The notes: generated from the sequence alone by a model not told the origin. A DNA stretch of 59,199 bases, filler included, from Dimorphilus gyrociliatus (GCA_904063045.1; 3 parts of 3 records of this genome joined end to end with filler, not necessarily neighbours in it), one strand, 5' to 3'. Positions 36,005 through 50,481 are shown, counted from the whole stretch's first letter. A program made the numbers and translations.

Positions 36005-39000
36005 TTAATAACATTGAATTGTTAATTTGTTTGTCAATGATTTAACCATTTCGTCATCTTTCTCCTTCTTATTGAACCTTTGGTTTCTTCTCAAAATATA
36101 AAATTGTTTACCACAAAAAATATATGGATTAAGCAGTGAATTTATTGGTATTAGTGAAATTAAGAAAATGATATATGTATCATTTTTTAAACTAATGTCA
36201 ATCAACTTTGATAAAATTGCTTTAAAAATAAAATATATAAAAAATTAGTTTTAGATGAAAAAAATGGATGCTACAAACATAAAACTGAAATTGGGAGCCA
36301 ACATAAAATATTTGAAAATGTTAATATGAAAATATTTTTGGATAATGATTGTTTCTTTGATAATGTTAGTTGCCTAATTTTTAATGCCAACTTTCCATAT
36401 AAGAGACATATGATAGAGCTTATTGCAAAAAATAGTATTCCAAATATAATGAAGGAAAACATCCAACCTTCAGTTCCATCACTTCTAATTTCTAAATTGA
36501 AACATATTGTTGATTTTGAGTAAAATTGCTGTAAAAATAAAATAACTGAACAGTTTTTTTTTTTTTTTTTTGGAATTTTGAACAAGTGCTTTTATATTTA
36601 CATTAAAGAATATGGCTGGTGTAAGTGATACAAAACAAAAGATTATGAGCCCAAGAATTATTACTAATTTCCTAAATTTTACAATAAATGGTGTACTCAA
36701 TGGATTGGTTATTACTTCGTAATGTTCAATTGCCAAACACAGAATTGAAAATATTGATACTAATAATGAAAATGATAAAATTGTTCCAAGAATTGTACAA
36801 CTTTTACTGAATCTCCATTTTTCTTCATTTTCTAGATAACTCGTGCCAGAAAAATAAATATCTATAGCTGCAATTGATAAAATATATATTGCAGTTAATA
36901 AATCCCCCAAAACTAAGCATATTCTAAAGGGTTTAGATTTAATATTTGAAAATATAACAATAAATAATGCCAGTAAATTTCCAAAAACACCAACAATTCC
37001 AATTATCCAAAATATGATTTTTAAAAAGGTGGATGGTATAATATTTTCACAAGTCAGAAAGCCTGTTGGATGTGGCTGACATTTTACATATTCTCCCAAT
37101 ATTTTCCAAGCTAGGCAACACATTTGGAAAATGTCACTTTCAATAAGTTTTACATTTTTTGCATTAATTAAAAAGTATTTAGCAGATTGTGTAGGAAATT
37201 TAGTTTTCTTTAACAATAGTATCTCAATTTTGTTTAAATTATTAAATGAGAAGGATTCTATTGTCTTTAGGAAACAATTTTCCATTATTAATATTTTCAA
37301 TTGTTTTAAATATTTAAAATGATATTCTGCCACAAATTGAATATTTGTTTTAGATAAATCTAAAAGCAAAAGATATTCCATCTCCTTATGCAAAATTTTA
37401 TCAAGATTATCAATAGGATTATTTGATAAATTTAAATTTTGAATTAATCTATATTTTGAATTTTCAAAAAAAAATACTTCAGTTATATTTGTATTGTAAA
37501 TAAGTAAGTGAATAACATTTGAAAATGACATATTTTTCCACAAGTGAAGTAAGAAATTATTTGTAATTTTTAATACAAAAGTATTCAAAAATTTGGTATT
37601 TTTGTTATTCAAAGAAATATTTCCTTCAAGTGTCACATGCTTGAAATTTCTATCCAAATTTATTGTTTCTGATTTCTTCTCCGTTAAGCAGTTAATAGAA
37701 AATGGATCAAGACGTTTGCAAATATTTAGGTGGTTATTTATTGGCTGTTCACAAAATAGTTCGTCACTTCCTTCTTGACAATCATACTTGTTATTACAAA
37801 GTTGCTTATTTGATAAGAATACACTCTCATTTCTACATTTAAAAAATCCAGGTAAAATAAAGTTTTCTGTATTTGAAACAAAAAAAAACCAAATTTGAAA
37901 ATTTAAATTTTTGAAACAAAAAATATGAGAAAGTTAACCACAAAACAATTCATCATCATTATTAAGGCAATGATTGACTCCATCACAAAGTCTTTCAATA
38001 TCAATGCAGTAGCTGGAATAATAGCATTTGTATTGACCATTCGAACAGTTATACTTTTTGCATTGCTGCAAAGATGAATATGGATATCTGATTTTTGTTT
38101 TTATATTATTTCTTGTGTCATATTTTAATGAACATTTTTCATAGTATATTGGAAGGTGAGCACTTTCATAAGATGGTAGATAGTTGCATCTATTTTCGTC
38201 TAGGTGACTAGTACAATCCAGTTTAAAATTACATTTTTTATAAAATGTTAGGCAATGGTTGTCACATTCAAATTGATATTTTCTATTGCATTCTGTATAT
38301 TAATTTTAATTTTGAATATAGTAATTTATTTTTAAAACAAAATTGGACTTTTAATAAATTTTCTGTCAATTGAATTTTTACGATTACAAATTTCATCGCT
38401 TCTGTCAAAACAGTTAATTTCATTATTGCAAACATCAGTCGAATTTATGCATTGTTTATTGTGACATTGTCTGAAAAGGTTCATTTTATTAAATTGATTA
38501 CTTTTGTTGTTAATATGTATATAACTAAAACATTCCCAAACTTGACCTTGACATTTTAGATGCAAAATATATCCTAATGCAATACATTTCTTATTTGGGG
38601 ATGTTTTATTTATCTCTATAATAACCTCATTTGATTCTTACAGGCAATAAAATCTTGAATTGACATTTTAGATATGGATTTTTGATTTTACATTTAAAAA
38701 AAAAAATAAATAACTCACCACAGTGAATTTCATCAGATTGATCAGAACAATTTGGTACAAAATCACAAAGTAAGGCAGAGCTAATTTTCTTTTCATTATT
38801 AATGCATTGGAAAAAGACAATGTCTTTAGTTGAACAATTAATTTCGTCTTCATGGAATGGGCAATCATATACTCCATCACATATATAAACAGGATTTATA
38901 CATATTTCACTTGTACCACAGAGAAAAAATCCATGAGAGCAATTTATCAATTGATTCTTCAAATTCAAGTTAATTATTGACATCAAATTACTATTTTCTA

Positions 39001-41683
39001 AAGTTTATAATAGAACATAAGGTAATTGTTGAGTTTTATTTAAATTTTGAAATACAACTAAATTTATATTGTTTTTGACAAACTATAACTTTTGGTATGT
39101 ATTTGCAGGAAATTGTTTTAAATTGTAGATTAGGCTTATAATCATTTCTGTATCGAGAACTTTGGAGAAGGATCATAAAACATGTATATATTTCTACAAA
39201 TTAAAATTTTATTTACTTTAAAACTAAAGAATTCAAATAAAAGCATTCATCCGTCAATATATAAGTTGACTGTTCATTATAGTTAGCAGATTGAACGGAA
39301 TGTGTAAAGTATGTAACTATTGGTATTTCTGACAGTGCATGTTCAAATTCTGAAATGAATGAAAAATCATAGTTGCTAGTTGTAATTGTTGTTAAAGATT
39401 TTTTATATTCTTTCTGTTTCAATTCTATTTGAAAAATTTAAGAAGAATTTTCAAAATTATATGAAATATTTAAATATTACTTGAGTAGGCATATGTTGTT
39501 AAATGTCTTTCCAAACTATGAGATAGAATTTCATTATTGAAAAAATATATAAAAACTTTAATGTAAAATGTTAGAAAATATTTGTTAATTGTTGGAAAAT
39601 CAATTAAAGACATATTTTTAAAAAGACAAAACTGTTCAAAATCATTTATAGTTAACATATCTTTATTGGTGAACACTTGATAGCATGTATTTTCAAAAAA
39701 TATTGCATTTTTTAATCTACATTCTTTAAATGAAAGGATATTTTTAAATATACATAAAAAAACCTGAACATTCTGTAAAATATACCTTGAAAATTTACAT
39801 TTGAACAAGTTATTTCTAATCCTTCATATTCTGTGTACTGTTCATAACTAAAGGAAATTCAAAATTGTTTCAAATAAAATTCTGAACACACCTTCCCAAG
39901 TAAATTTCACAGTTGGAAATGACAGTTTCGTTGTTGTTTTTACATATAAAATGGGATAGAGAGATAGCTGAGTGTAATGTATTTTCATAACTAGTTTGAA
40001 GAATACTCTGCGAATTGTTAGAAATTTTCCCCCATTTAAAGCCAATATGCTGACATAGCAAAATAATATCTATTGAAGTTAGCACTTTGATAAAGAAGTA
40101 CATTTTCTCAAACAAAACTAGAGCTCTTCCATTGATTTCTGTCAATTGATGGTAATGTTGATTGTTATATTGATGGTGCCTGGATATAATTTCATTCCTT
40201 TTAACATCCAAAAAAAACACCGTCTCATCTGATATTGTTTGCAAATTGTAAGAAGATATCAATAATTATTAAAAATTTTAACTTTTATAAGAGTTGTTAT
40301 ATCTTTCATCACAGAAATTTCTTTCAAATTTTGCAAGCTTAACATGTGTAACTTTATCAGACACCAAAGATTTGAAAATGTGTATTTTGTTATAAGCCAT
40401 ACGTACAAGAATAATTTGTAGAAATATTGCCTTTGAAAGACATAAATTTAAAAATATATTTTAAAATAGGATCAGATATAGGACTACTGAGCACCATTTC
40501 TAAAATATGAATAATTTAGACTGATTCATACAAGATATTGAACCTAAAATTTGTAGCTCAGAAGTCTAAATCTTTTAAATTACAGTAAAAAAATAAATAC
40601 ACTTGAAGTATCAAATCCATAATGAATTGGTTTATTTTTGAAATATGGACCAAAATATTTCTTTGAAAGTGTTTGACAAAGAAACATACCAATAACAAAA
40701 TTAGATTGAAAATTTGTACTAAAACCCAAAATTCTATATCCATATATTTTTGAATGGATCAGTGTAATAAAGTTTATTTCTCTTGATAATCTTTCTGGGA
40801 TAATATTTAACAATTCCTTCTTTTTTATGTTAAACATAAATTTAATATCTATGTAATTTGAAATTTAAAAAAAAAAAAACGCAGCGTTTTTTATTCAAAT
40901 GTTTACAAACCGTCAAATTCAGTATACGAACAAAAGATCTTTTGTGAAAATCTTGGAATATTGTCCCGTTTTTCTACTATCAAAGAAGATTTATGATTTT
41001 TACTTATAAATACCAAACTGGATATATTTCTAAAATGTTTGTCATCCATAATGAATTTTGCTTTTTTACATAAAATTTTCTTGATATTTGAATTGATAAA
41101 ATAATATTTATTCTTCTCTTTTAGAATTAAATTATACGTGTCTTGATGAAAAGCGTCTTTCATTCCAAAAAAAACTGTATTAAAACAAGAGAAAATTGAA
41201 TTTTTTTTTTAAAAAGAAAAATGAAGAATTATTTACATGTTGCATTTTTATGGAAGCATTCCAAAATTAAATGGAATTTTGTTAAAAATTTTTTTGATTC
41301 ACTGAAATAAATTTTACATTCTGTTTAATTAAAATTCAAAATTTTTGGCTAGAAATTCATTTGATTTACAATAAAAATTGTTGATTAACTTTCTTCAATC
41401 TTCTTGTTGTCTTAAAATCATCCATTCTTATAAAATAAGCTTTTGAAAAATCTGTTTCATAACCATTTTCTTTACAATATATAAATTTGTAATTTTCAAA
41501 AAATGACATAGAAACTTCATCAAAGTTTATACGAAATTTTTCAATTTTATTAAAAACACCAAAAACTGAAAATTTGTTTGATATATCACTTTCATTAAAT
41601 GTTATAAAATTTAATTTTTCTTCTATTTCTTTTGATGTTTGTATTAGAAGTAGAAGAATAAATTGTACAGTATACATTTTCAT
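36005..41683 (-). CDS. GRL101-like LDLa-LRR class A GPCR (copy C) with SRCR-like and C-type lectin-like N-terminal domains
   Basis: Putative start MKMYTVQFILLLLIQ at 41683; SRCR-like (ILLCQHIGFKWG..SHFICKNN); CTLD-like (FFENTCYQ..EQFCLFKNMSL); LDLa exons (CDGVYDCPFHEDE, CDFVPNCSDQSDE); LRRs; 7TM with IEHY and NSLLNPYIF; two GT-AG introns in the 7TM region. Confidence 0.85.
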
Positions 41684-42635
41684 TCTGAGATATTTTATGA
41701 TGATTATGCATAAATACAGGTGTATATGTGTGTGTGTAATTTCAGAAGATAAAACCAATCATTAGCTTTTATAAATAAAAGTGGTTTCTACCAAGAGAAG
41801 GTTGCAAATATCACATTTTATTTTACATAAGGAAAGGTATTAATTAAATATTATTATGTAAGTGTTTTTCTTTTTTCAGATCCTATCCCTTATTACTTAT
41901 AATCACAACTGAATAGGCCTAAGCAAATATGATAGAAAATGTCCATTTCCCTATAGAATGATAATCATTTATTAGATTGGAATTTTTGGAAAGATATTTT
42001 AAATTGATAAGAAAGGTGTTCATAATACATTTCTTATAGAAAAATAATTAATCATATCAAGTTGTCAGTTCTGGGTAAAGGTCTCCTCTTTGGGGACATT
42101 TTTAGTTTATTGTACAAATCTAGATAGTCTGGATAATGTACTGAAAAAAAAATGAATTATTAAATTGAATTAATAGCAAAACATTTTCCCAAATATCATG
42201 TTTTCACTTTGAATAGTTACAACAAGAAAATTATTAATTTTTTTCAATAGTTAATAATCTATTGAACTGTTTTAACATTGACAAAAAAAAACTCTAGGTC
42301 TACTTATCCAACTAAATAAGACAATTTATTTAATACATTCAATTTATTATCAAATATTGTCATAATTGTTCATGAATAGAAGTGGAAATTTAACTTAATT
42401 TAAGGTTATAGAAGATCATATTATATTTCAATACATTTTTAATACAGGATAATAATGTAAAAATATATATTATTGAACTGTTTATCCTTCTTCTACTCAT
42501 AGAGCCTATTATATAATCATTTATTAATGAAAGCTCAACAGTTACTTGATAGATTTATTGAAAATATAACAATGTTTTTTTCTTTTATTTAACATTCATA
42601 GCCAACTATAAAATATATAATTGAACTAATGCTCA

Positions 42636-44853
42636 TTGGCTTCATTCCCTTTATTTGTAAAGATTCTAAAAGTTTTTTCTTTTAAAATAATTCCTTACCT
42701 TTTAGTACATTTAAACTTTTCAACAACCAGTTGTGACAAATATTGTCACAAAAGATCTATTACAAAAGAGAGTTGGAGTGAAGAAAAAATCATCAAAACG
42801 ACGATTGTTTTTGAAAAATTCTGTTTCCTAACACTTCTAGGTTCTATCTTTAATGAACAATGCCATTGCTTTGTTACTAATGTGGATAATATAGCCAAAT
42901 CTAAGTTAGTTTATCAACGGAATACTCTTAATGATAGTTATCTGGCTAAGTATGCAGTAGTTGATGGACAAAATTCAATCAATCTTTATTCCTATGATGA
43001 AAAATCCAGTGATGGATATTTACTAATTGACCTACAGAGTAATTCTGAAATTTTAGAAATATGTTTATGGAATAGCCAAAGCTCTGGTAAGTCTTTGATA
43101 TGTAGAAAAGAAAAATCTATAAATCTTTGAAACAATTAAATAAAATACAGATCATTTGAGAAATTTTCAAGTTTTTGCTGGTGAATCAATGACTGCCTTG
43201 GACTATAAATCTCTATGTCTTAATTTTACTGGTCAAGTTAGTCAGTATACTCTTCATGAGGACAGCAGCTATATTTGTAAAGCATGCAACTGTCTGGGAC
43301 AGTTTGTCAGATTCCAGAAAACTCAAGATAGTTACATGACTATAACAGATATTAAAATAAGAGGAAATTTATTAAAAGAAACTGGTATAAACTTCAAATT
43401 TTTGTTTTTAATTTTCAATTAAAACTTCAAAATTTTCCAGATGATCAACTTTTGCCTTTGAAAAATACTGAAGTTTTTTATGGAAGTGAATTAAGGCCAA
43501 GCTCTATCTCTATACTGAGTGATGGATTCTTTTCCACCTATATTGAGACTGGCTGAATCTGCAAAACAATAAATTATATAGGAATTGATTTGAAAAATGT
43601 TCTTGAAATTAAAAGAGTGATTTTAGATTTACCAGAGAAACAAGGTTTTTTAAAAACATTCATTTTCTCTTTCTTCCAACTTTTCTTTTCAAGTTAATTC
43701 ATCATTTTTACTTGTATTTTTAAAAGATACAAATATTACCCACATCAAAGTTGCTACTTTGCTACTAAGGGAATTATATACAGTTGGGAAAGGAGTAACT
43801 TTTTCCCAAAATTAGTGGGATCGTTATAAGGAGTTCTTTGTAACTGATGTATTTGAATTTCCATCTTACAAACAAGCCAAATACATTTATATATTTGGAT
43901 ATGTGTCTAATAATTTGGTTGGAAATATGAAAATTTCAAACATATATATCTATTACAAACAAAATTGCCAACATGAATATATATATAGTAAGTAGATGGG
44001 GAGAAACTGACCCATGATTTTAGTCCTTTTTAACCTGATTCTAACCCAAAAAATTCAACAGATTTGCAGCAAAACAAGATAAAATCAATTGTCAAACATG
44101 GCACAATTATTTCAAGCAATCTCCAAGATGGTGTATTTTTACCAAATGAACAAGACCTAAACTTGAACCAGGGCAATAAAATGTATATTTATATGAAGCC
44201 AACACTTGTGAGCACTATATGTGCAACATGTATGCAAATATATATATAAATATAAAACTTTTAGTAAATATTCAAAATATTCCAGTTTCCACTCCAATAT
44301 CACAATCATCAAATATATTCAGAATCAGAGCTACTGACATAGGACAAAACATAAGACTATTATTTTTTAGTATTAATAAATGTGATATTTATACTAGATG
44401 TTTGGAAACAACACTGGCTTTTTATCATACCCTATACTTTATTATTTTGAAACCAATGACACTAATTGAATTAGAAATTTTTGCCCATTTGCCTAACAGC
44501 TATAGTAAGCATTCCTGTTTTTTCTTTAAACCTTTAAAAAAAAAAATACAGCTCCTATTCAGAATATTCTAAGTGAATGTGCTATGCTTCAAAGGCAAAA
44601 GATCACCTTGGACAAATCACTTTTTGACAATAATTATGCTTTTGGAATAACTGGTAACCACAATTTGAATATCACTAGTATTCAGGTTACTGCTCTTAAA
44701 GATCATCAATATACAGAATGTTTAAATGATGGACAAATATACATAAAGGACAATGACAAGGTTTTTGTTTACTATTGCTGGATGGACATTGAAAGTCTTG
44801 AAATCTTCATAATTGATTCAAGAGTTCGTATAACAAACTTGATAATATTATAA
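42636..44853 (+). CDS. Multi-exon protein with F-type lectin (FTP)/discoidin-like domains, partly disrupted
   Basis: NIAKSKLVYQ..AKYAVVDG..YLLIDL..ICLWN..LRNFQVFAG..C..C..GQFVRFQ..ITDIKIRG follows the FTP/F5-8C fold pattern. Further similar units occur at about 43440-43620 and 44584-44853. Start uncertain. Confidence 0.55.
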
Positions 44854-45809
44854 AAAAATAAAAAAATGCATTGATTTAATGAACTGCATACTGATTGGCT
44901 AAAACTTTTGTAGTAATACCTTTGTAAGCATTTTTTGTTGGTCTAAATTTATATAAGAAAAGATTGAGGAAAAACTGGGGAGGAAGTACATCTTCCAGCA
45001 AGATACTGTTGGGTGTTCATACTGCAAGGGCAACTAAACTTTTTTCAGAGTTAAGGGTAAACAAGAGGGAAGTAGTGGCTTGTTCTATTGAAATTCTTCT
45101 TTTGAAACTATGAGGACAAGCTACAACTTGATCTCAGCCATTTTCAAAACTTCCTTGACAACTATAAACATCATTTATAAAACAAATGGTATTGAACTTT
45201 TACTTTCTGTTTTATCAAAAGCTGGGGAAGGGATGAGGGTGGAAGGTTTATCTTCTCAATTTGAATTAGAAATTAACTTAAATAATTGTATTTCTGTTTA
45301 TTCAAAAAAAAACACAAAATTGGTGTGAACCCATAGCTGGCTTAAACTACATATACTTTGTCACTTTATCTCACAGATTAATACCTTCCTGTTATACTAT
45401 TAATACCTTTGAATTCAAATCGCCATTCACCTAATCCTTTTACTATGAAATTACACTACATATAGCAGTTAATAAAGTAGAATTGATTTATAAATTTGAG
45501 TTTGAAGAACTTTACTTTTAACATGTCAATAATCGTCTGTCTTCACAAATATTATATTTGAAGAGGTTGACAAAGTGTGCACAAACAGATATTTAAAGTT
45601 GTTGAACAAGAATAGGGGTGAAACCGTACCCAAGTGAAACCATACCCATACTGGGTGAAACTGTACCCATAAAAATATTAGGTTTTTTTAATTTTATTAA
45701 TACTAAAGAAAAGTATATATAATACTAAGATAATGATAATAGATTAAGACATAACTTTGAAAGATAAAAGAATGGAAAAAGTGAAAAAAAACATTTAAAA
45801 AAAAGAATA

Positions 45810-47779
45810 TTATGGAGCATAAATATATGATGTTTGAACCAATAATTCATCTGCCAAAAGCCCTCCAAGTCAATAATTTTCCCAAATTTCAAATATTTTC
45901 CTTTCTATCTCAATATACTGCTTTTTTTGGTACTTGATAATCTTCTTCTCAGACATAGGCTTTTCATAGATAATAACAAAATCAGCTTCTCTCTTCAGCT
46001 CATCAAGCAGCCAATAAAATGATCCTTTAGATGGTACTTTAGTATTCATTCTATTGTGCCATCCTTCCACACTGTTATTAGTCCTTATGGATAATCCATA
46101 TATAGACCAATTCTCTGGTTTCCATATAGAGTTCATAATCCATGTTGCTTTGAAATATTCCAACAAGTCTGCAAATTTTTCTTTTTCTGTAAGTTGAGAT
46201 TTCAATCTGTAAAATGTTGGAGCAATGATATGAGCAGGCAGAAAAGGTAAAGCCATCAGCTTTCTCATGTCTCTCCAGTCCTCTCCTTTCTCCATATACT
46301 TTCCAGAGTATCCAAGAGACTTGAAGGATCATAATTGTAAAAACAAACCTTAGAGGTTAAATTAAATGTTTTACCTGTATTTTCCTATATATTGCTTGTG
46401 TAAAATGGAATACTCATCCATGAATTTGTGATTCTGGGTATATTTTGGATACAGCTCTCCACAGACCCATCTCAAAATCAATTGTTATCTTCTCAGGCTG
46501 TGACATGCCAGTCAGGTTTCTGACACTCTGAAGAATGAAACATTCATCTGAAAGTAGTTAAAGAATGAATTTCTCAAAATGATTCCTTAAATGCTTTTTT
46601 ATAACTCTTTCTTTTCTTTGATGTCATAAAAATAAAAGCCAATGGCATATGTTTCATTTCACCATCTTTTTTGACACAGCTGTGTATAGATAAGAGCTGA
46701 TAAAAATGATCCTTTACCATTTTAAATGTCCCATCAATGAACCAGTGTTTTGACTGACCAAGCAAATTAAGTTGATGGCTGCTACCAAAAATAAGAATTC
46801 TCTCTTTATTTTCACAGATGTCATCTTTCAAAAAATCATCTGGGATGAAATCTGTATTTAAATAAAAGTCTACTTCTTTTGGTTCACTTGGCCTTAGTTT
46901 TTGCCATGTAAAATTAGCCACTCTTTTCAAATAATCAACATTTGGCAGAGAATCTGTTTCATTTTTGTGTTTTAAAAGAATTGTTTCTGCTAATCTTTTC
47001 CCATTGGAACTTGTGTCAGTTTTACAAATATCTTTCAAATCTTTTCTGATTCTGATGTCACTGGTTAGGTGGTTATTTTTACCATGAATATGTTCTAAAC
47101 TTCCCTGATGAATGTTTTTCCTTGCTGGCAAATTCTTGCAGGGCATCTTTGTTTTTTGGTCCTCTTACTGCACACCCAAATGATACTTTTGAAGTTTTAG
47201 CTTTTACAGTAAATGAAAATCCATCATTTATCAGAATATCTTTTCCCATTTGACTTCCACCTTTAACTATTTGAAAGTTGTCATGGATAAGTTCCTGCAA
47301 GTGTTCAATATTTCCATTGTTCAATATTCCATTGTCATTCACATTTGCATCCATCACACCTTCATTTGCATCTACAACCACATCTTCATTTAAATTTTCA
47401 TCCATTTCATTTCCATTCATCTGATAGTTATCAAAATTGCCACCATCACAAAACTCTGGCTCATTTGAAACTTGGTGACTTTCTCCATCTTCATTTTGAA
47501 GATTAGTTGAATTTTGTAATTTTCCATCAACATCACCAGTTTCTATGATTTCATCTTCTGGTCTCTTCATCTGAAGAAGGAATCTGTTTTTTTCACAATC
47601 CAGACAAACTGACACCTTAGAATCTGATTGAAGTAGCTGAATATTTATAAATGCCATATTGAATATAGAATCATACTGATGACACATTTTTGATGAATAA
47701 ATTCATTGCAGAGCACACAAGACATTTTCTTCTGTCTTTCATATACAAAAAGCTTACAATTCTTACATTTGACTGTCAT
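45810..47779 (-). pseudogene. PHD-FLYWCH-MULE transposase of the outer element, disrupted
   Basis: ATG at 47779; CKNC..CVLCNEFIHQKC..CLDC (C4HC3 after one frameshift and an intron); WFIDGTFK; IDFE; the CxxH Cys is mutated to TGA; TNNSVEGWH; premature stop at 45870. Confidence 0.85.
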
Positions 47780-47813
47780 GTTTTATGAATAATTCTCTAT
47801 ACCAGACTGAAAA

Positions 47814-50481
47814 GGCTTAGGGTCAGAACGCCCCTGGTCAGTACGCCCCAGGTCAGAACGCCCCAATTTTGGGTCAGAACGCCCCATTCTTGATTTCGAA
47901 TGCCCCACTCATGAGTCAGAACGCCCCACTGATTTTTGAAGAACATAATATTTTTTAATGCTGTACTTATTAAATTAAAAAAAGTCAATTGAATATAAAA
48001 ATATATATGCATAATGTATTTTTTGTCTTAAAGTACAAAAGCTTAAACAAATATAATAAGTGATCACAAAAAAAGAAATAATTTTTCAAGCAATGTTCAA
48101 GTCAATTAAACCCTTTAAGAGATTATCTAAACTTAATTCTCTTACTTCAAACTTCTTCCACAACTCAAAGATAATATCCTGCAAATCTTTATATTTATTC
48201 TTCTGATTCTGTCTCATTTTATTTCCACCAACATATCCTCATAAACTTCAATAAGGCTGCTTTCTCTATGAAGTTCAGTGATAAGAGTATAAAAGTTTTC
48301 ATTGCTTTTCAAATTTTGATTGATTCTTGTGTGCCAAGACTCTACATGATTATTTGTACGAACTATTAATTTATAAACTGACCAATTTTCTGGTTTCCAA
48401 ATATTGCTTTCAATGTAAGTAGATTCCATATACTCAAGAAGATCAGCATATAAATTCAGTTCCAAAAGTTCCTCTTTAATTTGATAAAACTTTTGTTTGA
48501 TGAATGATGCTGGTAAGTATGCTAGACACATTAGTTTTCTTAACACATTTCCTTTATAACCTTTCATTTTATAGTCCTTGATGTATCCTAATTTCTAAAA
48601 AGAAAATTTGTATTTGTTAATTTCTTAATTTCACAAATTAAATCTGTAACAGAATTGTTATAATTACTTTAATTTACCTGTATGTTTTTAAGAATTGCTT
48701 GTTTAAAATGAAAAGCACATCCTTGTAGATCAGAATCAACAAAAGCATTTTTTAAAGATATCCAAAGAGCTTTTTCAAAATCAAGAACAAACTTTTTTGG
48801 GCTTTTTTCCATCTATTAAGATTTTTAACTCCTTGTAAAGAAAAATATATCTTTAGAATTTTTACTCAAATATTTACTTTAGAAAGCCAACCTCAAATAT
48901 CAATGAATAATGTTTCTTCTTCTTTCCTGTCATGAGGACAAACATTAAAGGAACTTGTTTATATTCACCTTCTTTTCTTATAAATCCATGAATTGTAAAC
49001 AATTGGTAAAAAGGTTTTCTCACAATTTTAAATGTGGCATCAATAAACCATATCTTACAATGTTTCAATAATTTAATTTGATGGTCAGTTGCAAACATCA
49101 TGTTTCGGCTTTTCTTCCCTTTTATATCTTTTAAGAAAAAATTATCTGGAATTTCATTTAAATTTAATTCAAACATAATGTTTTCTGGGTGCTTTGGTCT
49201 GGCACCTTCTCTGTATCTATTAGCAGATCTTTTCATGACATCAATGCTTGGAATATGAGAAATATCCTTTCTGAACTTCAGACTGATATCTTCTGCAATT
49301 CTTTACCAGATTTGTCTTTATCAATAATTGCAGCTTCCTTTAAATTTAACCTTGCTTCAATAATTTTTCTCATATCATTTTTCTCTCTTTTGTGAATGTG
49401 ATTAGAATTTTTCAAAATGAACTTTAAATCTTTTTGAATTACAGATGCAAGACATGGTGATTTTTTAGTTCTTTGACTACATTTCCAGGTAATGGTTGTT
49501 TCACTTGATCTTTTTACAGTATAAGTAAAATTATTGTGAAGAAGAATATCTTTTCCTTTTCTGCTCCCATTCTTAAATATTTCAAAATCATGTTTTAAAT
49601 TATCATTTAGACAAAGCTCTCTTGTATCATTAAAAGAAGATTCATTATTTATATCAATTCTTCTTACAACTGGACTATTTTCTGTAACAATTTTAGCAGG
49701 TTGATGTTGATCTTCTCTTGAAATTCCATCATTATCAATATCAATATCTTTATCACAACTCTCCATTCCATTATTCCCTGGAGTACTTGAAACATCAGGG
49801 AAATTAGATTCAAAGTCAAAAGATAACCTCAGCTATAGTAAAACATTAAATAGTTTTTTAACAGATATTTGTTAAATATTTTGTACCTGTTTGGAACTTG
49901 AACTTTCACTAACAGTTTCATTTCCAAATACTTTTGAACATGTTGGTGATTTTTTGTTTTCCAGCTTTTTTATTTTAACAATTAGCTTTTTGTTTTTTAT
50001 ATTAAAACAGTCTATACAATAATCTGCATCTGAGGAAATGGTTAAATAGAAAAGAAATATTAAAGAATAAAATCTTACTATTTGAACATTTAGCATGGTA
50101 AAAGTGCCTACATAATTTGCATCTAAACTTCTTTTGAGTCCAATGAAACTTCTTCATACATTTCCAACAAGTTTTTAAATTCATCCTCCTTTTTTCAGTG
50201 AGACATTAACAGCAAAAAAATTAATTATACTAAGATGAATTATATTTAAGCAACACAATTTCTGAGAATAAACTGATAAAAAAAAAACTGGTAAAAATAT
50301 TTATAATAACTGGTATATAAGAATATTTTTCTCTCAGCATTGTTTTCTATAATTCTCTAAAGAGAGTGGGGCGTTCTGACTCATGAGTGGGGCGTTCAAA
50401 ATCAAGAATGGGGCGTTCTGACCCAAAATTGGGGCGTTCTGACCTGGGGCGTACTGACCTGGGGCGTTCTGACCCGACCCC
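47814..50481 (-). mobile_element. Phantom-type Mutator transposon (inner, nested element, 2668 bp)
   Basis: ~115-bp near-perfect TIRs built from GGTCAGAACGCCCC units; perfect 9-bp TSD GACTGAAAA (47805-47813 and 50482-50490). Confidence 0.95.
48123..50184 (-). CDS. PHD-FLYWCH-MULE DDE transposase of the inner element, 4 introns, two -1 frameshifts in A-runs
   Basis: Exons 50079-50184, 49887-50029, 49832 onward, plus two downstream GT-AG introns. Motifs: CWKC..CKLCRHFYHAKC..CIDC (PHD), WKCSQRTKKSPCLA..HIH (FLYWCH), WFIDATFK, LDFE, GCAFHFKQA, TNNHVESWH. Confidence 0.88.

Noticed and set aside
47797-48012. ORF with WGVLT repeats (also ORF 50728-50961 and the MKGLNH start of 17983-19125)
   Set aside because: These are translations of TIR units, not genes.
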